Below, piece by piece: positions 18,736 through 27,076 of a DNA stretch of 64,000 nucleotides. Position 1 is the stretch's first letter. Every line of letters starts with the position of its first letter. The position numbers and the translations under genes are program-made. The stretch is from the NCBI GenBank assembly GCA_937992175.1, contig CALKLF010000005.1:695-64694 (forward strand), in the 5' to 3' direction. Below the pieces are notes generated by a model. It was not told the DNA's origin. It was given only the letters and a program-made list of their open reading frames with translations, and ran no database searches. The stretch is from an uncultured Fimbriimonadales bacterium (GTDB lineage Bacteria > Armatimonadota > Fimbriimonadia > Fimbriimonadales > GBS-DC).

Positions 18736-21648
18736 ATGAAACGGATGTGGCGATGGCTGGTTGGAATAGTCATTGGAGTGCACTGCGCACTCGCGCAGAC
18801 GCTCACGCCCGACGATGTCGTGCCGGGTGAGATGTTGATGCGTCTCAAGCCGGGACGCACCATCGATACCGCGCGTGCAATTGCTAATAGCATCGACGCG
18901 GAGGTGCGTCCGATTGCGGTGCGTGATACCTATCTGTTGCGTCTGCGGGAGCAGGCAACGCCTTTGACCCTGCTCCAGAAGGTGCAGGATACTGTGAAAA
19001 CCCTTCAAGAGCACGCAGATGTCCTCTATATCGAACCGCACTACATCTTACAATATCATGACATCCCTAACGATCCACTGTTCTCGGAGCAGTGGGCGCT
19101 GCAGATGATGAAACTGCCCGCCGCGTGGGACATCGAAAAGGGCGCAACCGGGATTCGTGTTGCCTTCATCGACGATAACTTCCAGCGCTCACATCCTGAC
19201 CTTGCGGGGTTGTTCGACCCGCTTTCGCGCAACTTCGCTGCAGACACTCCCAACGACAATATCGACCCTGAAGGTCCAGGGTTTTCGCACGGCACCTCCA
19301 CAGTCGGCGTGGCAGCGGCTGTGACCAACAACGGCATCGGCATCGCGGGGCTCATCTGGGAGAATGTCAAAATTGTGGGGTTGAAAGTGACCCAGCGTCC
19401 GCTCGGTCCGCTGTTCACGCAGAATGTCCTGGAAGCCTACCAGCACGTGATTGACAACGCGGCGCAGATTCATGTGCTGAACATGAGTTATGGCGGCTAC
19501 TTCTTCTCGCCAATTGCGAACGATTTGATTCAGGAGATTTACCGTCGCGGCGTTGTACCCGTCGCTTCAGCAGGGAACGGCAACACCGACATTCCTTCCT
19601 ATCCTGCCAGTTATGACAATGTGGTGCGCGTCTCGGCAGTTGGACGCACGGGCGCGAAGGCGTCCTATTCCGATTATGGCAACATCGACCTCGCTGCGCC
19701 CGGCGGCGATCAGGCGAGCAGCTACTTCGATGGCGTGATTACCACCGCCTCGACCAGCCAGCTGTACGACTATGTGCAGGGGACTTCCTATTCGAGTCCC
19801 TATGTTGCTGCAGCGGTGGCGCTGCTGCTCTCTGCAGGTGCGCAGCGTCATGGACTGAACACGGTGGAGCCTGAGGCGGTTGTGGCGCTGAAAGAAACCG
19901 CCGATTCGCGCGGGCGTCCCGTGCCTGACCCGGAACTCGGCTACGGAATCATCGATTTGGATCAGGCGCTACGCGGCGTGGGCGGCGTCGGGATTGCGTT
20001 CATCGCGCCTGTCTCGGGCACGACCGTCGACACGCGCCAGGTGCGTGTTAATGTGGTTGTGCGCCGCGTGCTGAACAATAATCCGGCGAACATCTTGAAT
20101 GTGCGCCTGAACGATGACCCGCTGCCGCGCAGTCTCTGGGAGCCGACCGCCGTGGTGGATGTACCCCGAAAGACAATCACGCTGGACTTCGTCGTGACGC
20201 TTCCAGGCGAAGGGCGGCACACCATCTCGGTTGAGGCAATTGGGCAGGATGGCGTCACGGGCAGCCGCTCCACGCGCGTCGTCGCGAAAGCTTATGTGCA
20301 GAACGCGGGGTTGGCGATGTTCTCCACGCCCTACGATATCCAGCTCACTCCGGAGGAAGTGTTTGGCAACGATGTGATTCTGGCGCGCTATCTGCCCGAG
20401 GAGGGAACATACGCCCGCTACTCGGCGGTGTCGCAGGATCCCCGCGCGAGTTTCAATCCGCCTGGACTGGCAGTGCGTCCCGATGGCTCGAACACCCCAA
20501 CGCCGCCGCGCGGCGTGGGCTACTTCCTGCGCACCACTTCGCCCGCGTTCATTTTGGGGAATCAAGATGTGGACACCAATACCGCCTACCTGATCCCCCT
20601 CCAGGAAGGCTGGAACATGATTGGCAATCCGTTTCCCTTCAATGTGCCGTGGGCGGCGTGTGAGGTGGAAATCTTCAACGCAGGCGGGCAGACCCAGCGC
20701 ATCAGCCTGCAGGAAGCAGCCGACCGCGACTATATCCGACTACAGATTTATCGCTATGTCCCGCTCACTGGCGAATACACTTGGCGCACCGCGCCGCTGG
20801 GCGAGCTGCTTGCTTGGCAAGCGCACTGGGTGAAAGCCCTCAAACCCTGCACGCTCGTTGTGCCGCCCGTCGGCTCCGTGCGCAGTCGCGCCGATCAGTC
20901 GCCGCGCGTCGAAGCGAAGCAGTCGGACGGTTGGCTCATTCGCTTGATTGCCCGCAGCGGCGACCGCGAGGATGCCAATAACCTCATCGGCGTGACATCG
21001 CTTGCAAGCGACGAATTCGGACGCGAGGATGTGGAGAAACCGCCTGTATTCAAATCGTATGTCGCGGTGAACATCCTCGAACCGCGCACCCGCAGTGCGC
21101 TTGCGCACGACCTGCGACGCAACGCGAAACGGGCGCAGCGATGGGAAATTGAAGTTGCCACGGATCAGCCCGACGCAGAAACGACGCTGCAGTGGACTCA
21201 GGAACTCCCCGTGCCTAAAGGCACACGACTCACCCTGATTGACCAGGCGACGGGACAACGCGTCTCCATGCTGCAGCAAAGCTCCTATCGGTTCCGCACG
21301 GACGAAACCAGTCGCCGTCGTTTCGTGATTGAGGCGCAGCCCGCGCGCACGGGACGCCTGCAGGTGACGAATATCGCGGTGACGCAAACGCGCGGCAATC
21401 AGTACACCATCCAGTATATGCTCAACAGTGAGGCGTCCGTGCAAGTGTTGGTTCAGGATGCAACGGGGAAGACCATCGCGCGTCTACAGAATGGCACTCG
21501 CTCGGCGGGCGTCAGCACAGCGACCTGGAACGGACGCACCGATACGGGCATCGCCGTGCCTCCCGGAGCTTACCAGCTTCAGATTGTCGCGACGGGCGAT
21601 GAAGGCGAGGCAGTGCGCGTGGTTCGACCGCTGGTGGTCGCCCGCTAA
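18736..21648 (+). CDS. Secreted subtilisin-family (S8) serine peptidase with an I9-like propeptide and the shared C-terminal module
   Basis: ATG 18736 follows GGGAGGAG. Signal peptide MKRMWRWLVGIVIGVHCALA. Catalytic regions VAFIDDN (Asp), FSHGTSTVGV (His), GTSYSSPYVAAAVALL (Ser). C-terminus ATWNGRTDTGIAVPPGAYQLQIVA...RPLVVAR*. Confidence 0.9.
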   Translation: MKRMWRWLVGIVIGVHCALAQTLTPDDVVPGEMLMRLKPGRTIDTARAIANSIDAEVRPIAVRDTYLLRLREQATPLTLLQKVQDTVKTLQEHADVLYIEPHYILQYHDIPNDPLFSEQWALQMMKLPAAWDIEKGATGIRVAFIDDNFQRSHPDLAGLFDPLSRNFAADTPNDNIDPEGPGFSHGTSTVGVAAAVTNNGIGIAGLIWENVKIVGLKVTQRPLGPLFTQNVLEAYQHVIDNAAQIHVLNMSYGGYFFSPIANDLIQEIYRRGVVPVASAGNGNTDIPSYPASYDNVVRVSAVGRTGAKASYSDYGNIDLAAPGGDQASSYFDGVITTASTSQLYDYVQGTSYSSPYVAAAVALLLSAGAQRHGLNTVEPEAVVALKETADSRGRPVPDPELGYGIIDLDQALRGVGGVGIAFIAPVSGTTVDTRQVRVNVVVRRVLNNNPANILNVRLNDDPLPRSLWEPTAVVDVPRKTITLDFVVTLPGEGRHTISVEAIGQDGVTGSRSTRVVAKAYVQNAGLAMFSTPYDIQLTPEEVFGNDVILARYLPEEGTYARYSAVSQDPRASFNPPGLAVRPDGSNTPTPPRGVGYFLRTTSPAFILGNQDVDTNTAYLIPLQEGWNMIGNPFPFNVPWAACEVEIFNAGGQTQRISLQEAADRDYIRLQIYRYVPLTGEYTWRTAPLGELLAWQAHWVKALKPCTLVVPPVGSVRSRADQSPRVEAKQSDGWLIRLIARSGDREDANNLIGVTSLASDEFGREDVEKPPVFKSYVAVNILEPRTRSALAHDLRRNAKRAQRWEIEVATDQPDAETTLQWTQELPVPKGTRLTLIDQATGQRVSMLQQSSYRFRTDETSRRRFVIEAQPARTGRLQVTNIAVTQTRGNQYTIQYMLNSEASVQVLVQDATGKTIARLQNGTRSAGVSTATWNGRTDTGIAVPPGAYQLQIVATGDEGEAVRVVRPLVVAR

Positions 21649-21669
21649 CGGGAAGGAGGCGAACGGATT

Positions 21670-24363
21670 ATGAAACGATGGGTTTTGACATTACTGAGCA
21701 ACAGTATCCTGGTGGCGTCGCTCTGGGCGCAGGGGTCCTATCAGCCGGGACCTCTCGAGCCGTGTGGATGTCCCGATAACCAGAACCCTGTGAGCAGCGA
21801 CTACGGCGTTATCTTCGTCAGCAACGGCGTGCTGGGCGCGACGCTGGGCTTGAGCGGAACCGTGACCTGGTGGACGGGATGCTTCCCTATTGAGAACACC
21901 ACCTGTACGACGCGCCCTGCGGAGGGCAGTATCCAGCTCGGTACGGCAAGCGGCAGCAGTTTGCTGAACGACTCGGACATTGCCATGACCGCGGGCTACC
22001 CGTGGGCGGTTTATCCTGCAGGCATTTACATCACGATGCGCTCCGTGCGGGAAAACCAAACCCAGACTTTTGTCTGGGGACGTCAGGGGGGGCCTAATGT
22101 AACCTTTTCGCAAGCATGGCCTGGCGCCAGTGGCTACTACATTCGCCGCATCTGGAATGTAGAAGGATGGGATACTGACCTGCGCATCGACCTCATTCAG
22201 TCGGTGGCGCGGATTAGCCTGCGTGTGCGCAACAGCGGCGACACTGCAGCCTCGCTTGCGCTACGCCTGGCGTCGGATGTAGAGACCGGCGTCGAGGCAG
22301 GTTTTGTCCAGAATGGCGCGTCGCGACCGCCCTATGTCTATGTGCAGGGACAACGCCCAATCAAGATCGATTCCGACCTGCGCGGCTTGCAGATCCCCAA
22401 CGCCATCGAGTTCTATCTCGGGCGTGGTAACCTGCCTGGCTCGTCGCGCTACATGCTGCGACCCGTCAAAGGATTCGAAGACCAGACGCCCATCGACCGC
22501 CTGGTCATCGGGGACTGGTTCTTCGTACAGGGCACTACAATCTGGGAGCCCGTGTTATTCCCCGACTCGTTTATCGACGATGTGGCAATCAACCTGTTCG
22601 TCAACGCGCGCAACTTCGCGCCAGGGCAGACTCGCGAGTTTGTGTTTTATGTGACTCTGACTCCTGTGGATTTGGATGTTCAGCCTCCGATTGCGCTGGG
22701 TGTCGAGGCGCTGCCCGTTATCGAACCCGACCAGAGCAATCTGGGTCAGCTGGCGCAGGGTGGGCAGTTCCAGGTGTTTGCGAATGTAACCAATCAGTAT
22801 TTCATCGTCGGGCGCGAGATTGACCTGAATAATATCGTGGTCGACATCTCACTGCCGTCGGGATTGTCGCTCGCGCCGGGGCAGAGTCGTACTCGCACCA
22901 TCTCACGCCTTGCGCCGGGGCAAACCGCGCCTGTGAGCTGGGTTGTGGTTGCTGATCCCACCACCGTAGGGTTTACTACGATTCGGGTCTCCGTACAAGC
23001 CCCACCTGCGCCCACGAAATCGGTGACACGCACAATCCTCGTCTCCGCAACCGCGAACCGGAAGCTGGAATCGGGCTTTCAGATTGTCTCGATTCCGTTT
23101 ACGATGACGGGCACGCTGGAAGAGGTGTTGAACTTGCCCGTGGCGTATCAGGCGAAACGCTGGAACCCACAACGGGAACTGTACGAGACTATCGATACGA
23201 TTCAGCCGGGGCAGGGGTTCTGGCTCTTCTTGCCAGGCGACGCCATCATCGCGAACTACGATACGAGTGTCCTGCGGTTCCCTACTGGCGTGTTTGATGC
23301 CAGCCTGCCTGTGCCACTCAAGAAGGGCTGGAACCAGATTGGCAACCCCTATCCCTACCCGCTGGTGCTAGGGCAGGTGGTGGTCGTCGGCTCCAGTGAC
23401 CCGTCGTCCAGTCTAAGCTTCTTTGAGGCGGCGCAGCGGGGCGTGATTCGCGGCGTGCTGTATTACTGGGATGAGTTCACTAACGAGTATAAGTTCACTT
23501 CGGATCCCAACACGCCGCTGCTGCCCCATCGCGGCTACTGGATTAAGGTCAGTGAGGATGTGGAGTTCGTCTATCCTCCCGTCTTTCTGCCGGGCACAGG
23601 GTTTGGCGGTATCATTATCCGTTCAGCCAGTGAACCTGTGAACCGCCCCAACGACTGGCGATTGCAAATTGTCGCCCACACGAATCGCGGGGTGGATACG
23701 CAGAACTATATCGGCATTAGCAGTGGACGCTCGGCAGGCGATATCGAGGAGCCGCCCACGCCGCTGCCCGAACGCGCGGTGAACCTGACGATTCTCAAGT
23801 CGGGTACGGGAACGCCCCTAATGCAGGAAATCCGACCGCTGGCGAACCGACAACAGTTCGACCTGGTGGTGGAAGCCGCGCCAGGCGAGGAGGTCACACT
23901 GACCTTCCCGAACCTGAACACCGTGCCGCAGGGCTTCCGCCTCCGCCTGAACGACCTGAACACGGGACGCTCGATTGATCTGCGCACGACGCCCGAATAT
24001 CGGTTCGTCTCGACGGGACGCACGCGCCTGCAACTGACCGTGGAGCGCGCGGCGCGCACGGGCGCGTTGATTACCAGTGTGAATGTGGGCGCCGCGGGGC
24101 GCGGCGCGAACAGCGTCTCCATCTCCTATGTGCTGGCGGATAATGCCCAGACGAGCATCCAGATTCTGGGCTCCGACGGACGCACGGTTGCGAATCTGCA
24201 TCGCGGGCGTGCGGCGACGCGCGGCGTGAACACGGTTGCGTGGAACCTGCGCGACGACCAGGGACGCGCGGTACCGCCCGGAACCTATCAGGTGCAGGTG
24301 GAGGCGCGCACCGAAGACGGTCAGGTTGCTCGCGCGACGCGACCGCTCGTGCTGACGCGCTAA
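21670..24363 (+). CDS. Secreted protein of unknown function (novel N-terminal ~450 aa, CARDB/NEW3-like Ig domain) carrying the shared C-terminal module
   Basis: GAAGGAGG lies upstream. Signal peptide MKRWVLTLLSNSILVASLWAQG. GWNQIGNPYPYP...GYWIKV...VAWNLRDDQGRAVPPGTYQVQVEA...RPLVLTR*. Confidence 0.8.
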   Translation: MKRWVLTLLSNSILVASLWAQGSYQPGPLEPCGCPDNQNPVSSDYGVIFVSNGVLGATLGLSGTVTWWTGCFPIENTTCTTRPAEGSIQLGTASGSSLLNDSDIAMTAGYPWAVYPAGIYITMRSVRENQTQTFVWGRQGGPNVTFSQAWPGASGYYIRRIWNVEGWDTDLRIDLIQSVARISLRVRNSGDTAASLALRLASDVETGVEAGFVQNGASRPPYVYVQGQRPIKIDSDLRGLQIPNAIEFYLGRGNLPGSSRYMLRPVKGFEDQTPIDRLVIGDWFFVQGTTIWEPVLFPDSFIDDVAINLFVNARNFAPGQTREFVFYVTLTPVDLDVQPPIALGVEALPVIEPDQSNLGQLAQGGQFQVFANVTNQYFIVGREIDLNNIVVDISLPSGLSLAPGQSRTRTISRLAPGQTAPVSWVVVADPTTVGFTTIRVSVQAPPAPTKSVTRTILVSATANRKLESGFQIVSIPFTMTGTLEEVLNLPVAYQAKRWNPQRELYETIDTIQPGQGFWLFLPGDAIIANYDTSVLRFPTGVFDASLPVPLKKGWNQIGNPYPYPLVLGQVVVVGSSDPSSSLSFFEAAQRGVIRGVLYYWDEFTNEYKFTSDPNTPLLPHRGYWIKVSEDVEFVYPPVFLPGTGFGGIIIRSASEPVNRPNDWRLQIVAHTNRGVDTQNYIGISSGRSAGDIEEPPTPLPERAVNLTILKSGTGTPLMQEIRPLANRQQFDLVVEAAPGEEVTLTFPNLNTVPQGFRLRLNDLNTGRSIDLRTTPEYRFVSTGRTRLQLTVERAARTGALITSVNVGAAGRGANSVSISYVLADNAQTSIQILGSDGRTVANLHRGRAATRGVNTVAWNLRDDQGRAVPPGTYQVQVEARTEDGQVARATRPLVLTR

Positions 24364-24371
24364 ATTGGCAT

Positions 24372-24396
24372 GGGCTGGAGCCGCGCGCTCCAGCCC
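24372..24396 (+). terminator. Perfect stem-loop 9 nt after the stop of the 21670 gene
   Basis: gggctggagc-cgcgc-gctccagccc. No clear U-tract follows. Confidence 0.35.
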
Positions 24397-24415
24397 TTCT
24401 GTGAAGGAGGTAAAG

Positions 24416-25111
24416 GTGAAAAGTATCGGCGTACTAATCATCGCTTTACTTTTGATGAGGGGCTTCGCGGCGGATGAGGCGCGCGAGCTGGTGCTGTTCC
24501 CCTTCGGACAGGGAGCCGCCGTGCAGCCCGTGGAGGAGTTTAATGTCGAGGTAGAGGCTCTGAACGCGCTCTACGCCCAGCTGAAGGACCTTCCAAGCTT
24601 GTATGTGCTGCGCTATCGGGAGACGAACCCGTCCATCCGCCGCGCGATTGACGAGAACCGTATCCGCCGCGACCGCCTGACCCCGCCGTTCAACGAGCGC
24701 GAGGCGGACGGCACATGGCGCGCGGCGCGCGTGGGTGCGCTGCTCGGCGTCGACCTCGCGTTCGCCGGGCGCATCGAGGAGTCCAGCTACGACCCGAACT
24801 TGCGCGAGGCGATTGTGACCATCAGCGGCGACCTAATCGATGTGCAATCAGGCGAGGTGCTGGTCTCCGTTGCGGAAACCGGGCGCGGAAGGCTCGGCAC
24901 CGATCAGGACGATCCGAATGTCGCCCGCATCGCGGCGGTTGCGCAGGCGGCGGAGAAAATCGGCGCCGCCATTCGCACGCACCTCGCGCCGCCCGCCGAG
25001 CAACCGACCACCGTCGAGGAGCGAAAACAGCCTGACCGCAAGCGCGAGCGGGCGGCGGTCACGCTCTTCGTGCTGATTCTCGGCGCGGTGCTGGGCGGCG
25101 CCCAATTCTAA
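24416..25111 (+). CDS. Periplasmic CsgG/LpoB-like-fold protein with an N-terminal signal and a C-terminal tail-anchor helix
   Basis: The in-frame GTG at 24416 lies 5 nt after GAAGGAGG. (M)KSIGVLIIALLLMRGFA; ELVLFPFGQG...LGVDLAFAGRIEESSY...ISGDLIDVQSGEVL. The extreme C-terminus is AAVTLFVLILGAVLGGAQF*. Confidence 0.55.
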   Translation: MKSIGVLIIALLLMRGFAADEARELVLFPFGQGAAVQPVEEFNVEVEALNALYAQLKDLPSLYVLRYRETNPSIRRAIDENRIRRDRLTPPFNEREADGTWRAARVGALLGVDLAFAGRIEESSYDPNLREAIVTISGDLIDVQSGEVLVSVAETGRGRLGTDQDDPNVARIAAVAQAAEKIGAAIRTHLAPPAEQPTTVEERKQPDRKRERAAVTLFVLILGAVLGGAQF

Positions 25112-25115
25112 CTGA

Positions 25116-27056
25116 ATGCGCACGGGCAGTAAAATCCATCGATACTGGAGCGGGGCAGGGGGGTTGTGGCTCCTCTGCCTTTGCGCTTGCTGGGCAAACG
25201 GTGCGATTCGGCTCACCGCCTATCCGACCGCGGCAGTCGCCGATAGCGCGTCGCAGATTCTCATCACCGCCGAAGTGCGCACCGCGCAGGGCAAACCCGC
25301 GCCTGACGGAACCCAGATCGCCTTCAACACAACGCTCGGCGTGTTTCGGGAGTCTATCGTCGCGACCGAGAGCGGCGTCGCACGCGCAACGCTCATCGCC
25401 AGTCAGCTGCCTGGAACCGCGACCATCACGGCGACCGCCATCGGGCAGGGCGTCGTGGGCGAAGTGCAGGTGCTGTTCGTGGCGACTCAAGAGGAGCTGC
25501 GCAGCGCAACCGACTATGTGCAGGTGCTCGGCGAGTATCTTGCCTATGCCAACGAACAGCGCGTGATTGCTGCCTCTGGCAAGGAGCGCACCGCCAGCGT
25601 GCGATTCAGCTTCACACTGATTGAGGCAGATGACCTGCAACTGGAAGTCGACAGCCTGCGTGTCAAAGCCCGCAACGCCCGCTTGAAGTACGGCTCGGAG
25701 CAGCACGAGTTCGCGGAGCTGAGCTACGAGCTGCGCTCCTCGCAGGGGTTTGGGGTGCGCCAGCGCGAGAACCGCTGGGAAGTTGTACGAATCCGCTCTG
25801 GCGCGATTGAGCCGTTTGACGCCGTTGCCCCGCCTGAACTGTTCCAATTCGCCGACATTTCCGAATCGGAGCTGGTTATCAAAGCGGCGCAAATCTGGTT
25901 CTATCCGGGCGAACGCATCCAGTTCCATCGGGCGGAGTTCTATGTGGGCGAGGTGAGGTCGCTGAGCCTGCCGCTCTATTCGCAGAGCCTCTGGAGCGGC
26001 GGGGTGGGGAGCGACGCGCTGATTGGGGTGCAGAACGGGCAGGTGTATCTGGATGTGCCGTATTATTACGCGCTGACCCCGACGCAGATTGGGGCGTTGC
26101 GCCTGCGCACCGCGCAGGTCGGCGGGCGCACGATGGGCGCCGCGCGCGGAATGTTTCTGGATCTGGAGCATGAGTATCGTGTGGAACTGGGTACGGGGAT
26201 GTTCAGCATAACGGGTCTCGCGCGCGACGACTGGGGCGTGAATTGGCGACACCAGCAGCCGCTCTCGCCGACCACGCGCTTCACCATGTGGCTCGACTCA
26301 CCTGCCCATCGAGGCGTCTACGGCTCCGCGCAGCTCGCTCATCAGGCGCGGGGCTTCTCGACGGGCTTGACCCTCGCGGGCAGCACGCACTGGCAGGGCG
26401 TACGCGCCAGCAGCCTGCGTTCCGATTTGTTCATTGAAACCACCCCGCGCCGCGTATCTGACCTGCCCGTGCGCCAGAGCTTTTCGCTGAGTCTCACATC
26501 GAGCCGCACTCAAAACACGCTTGGCATTCAAAACCGCGAAGGGATCGGCGTGCGAGTGCGCTGGAACCTGATCCCGCAGTCGCTTGGACGCTCCACGACG
26601 CTCACAGGGGGCATGACCGTCGGGCGGTTCGTGGGCAACCTTCCTAATGCGGGCTGGAGCATTACGGGTACAGTGGGGATTACGCACGCGCTGGGGAACA
26701 GCGGCGCGCTCAGCCTGAACTATGACTACACGCAGGACGCCCTCGCCGCGAACCTGCTGGGCAGACATCGCCTCTCAGGGAGCCTCGGCTGGAGCCTGAG
26801 CGACCGCTTTTACCTCACGGGCTACATGAGCCGCGCACTGGATGCCGATTCTGTGAGTTATGTCGGGGATTTCTCGTGGCGAATCAGCCCCCTCTGGCGA
26901 ATAGGCGTCGGGTATACTTTGCAGTCGTACAATCAGTACGACTTTCGCGATCAGACCTTGACAATCGCATACCGCATCGGCTACCGTGAGGTGGCGCTGA
27001 CATGGTCGTCTTTCACCCGGCGATGGAGCTTCGACCTGCTCACAGCGTTTTATTAA
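25116..27056 (+). CDS. Outer-membrane beta-barrel protein with an N-terminal Big_1-type Ig domain and an LptD/OstA-like middle region
   Basis: Signal peptide GLWLLCLCACWANG. Ig domain: SQILITAEVRTAQGKPAPDGTQIAFNTTLGVF...GTATITATA. The C-terminal half is alternating-pattern beta strands ending ...WSFDLLTAFY* (aromatic terminus). FHRAEFYVGEVRSLSLPLYSQSL recalls the LptD jellyroll-barrel junction; this comparison is from memory. Confidence 0.5.
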   Translation: MRTGSKIHRYWSGAGGLWLLCLCACWANGAIRLTAYPTAAVADSASQILITAEVRTAQGKPAPDGTQIAFNTTLGVFRESIVATESGVARATLIASQLPGTATITATAIGQGVVGEVQVLFVATQEELRSATDYVQVLGEYLAYANEQRVIAASGKERTASVRFSFTLIEADDLQLEVDSLRVKARNARLKYGSEQHEFAELSYELRSSQGFGVRQRENRWEVVRIRSGAIEPFDAVAPPELFQFADISESELVIKAAQIWFYPGERIQFHRAEFYVGEVRSLSLPLYSQSLWSGGVGSDALIGVQNGQVYLDVPYYYALTPTQIGALRLRTAQVGGRTMGAARGMFLDLEHEYRVELGTGMFSITGLARDDWGVNWRHQQPLSPTTRFTMWLDSPAHRGVYGSAQLAHQARGFSTGLTLAGSTHWQGVRASSLRSDLFIETTPRRVSDLPVRQSFSLSLTSSRTQNTLGIQNREGIGVRVRWNLIPQSLGRSTTLTGGMTVGRFVGNLPNAGWSITGTVGITHALGNSGALSLNYDYTQDALAANLLGRHRLSGSLGWSLSDRFYLTGYMSRALDADSVSYVGDFSWRISPLWRIGVGYTLQSYNQYDFRDQTLTIAYRIGYREVALTWSSFTRRWSFDLLTAFY

Positions 27057-27076
27057 GAAATAAACGGAGGTACGCT

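Noticed and set aside
15578-24363. Calling the three shared tails bona fide T9SS cargo signals and the locus a type IX secretion system.
   Set aside because: No T9SS core component (PorK/L/M/N, Sov, PorU/V) is recognisable in the window, and FlgD-Ig-like domains occur outside T9SS. The resemblance is reported as a hypothesis only.
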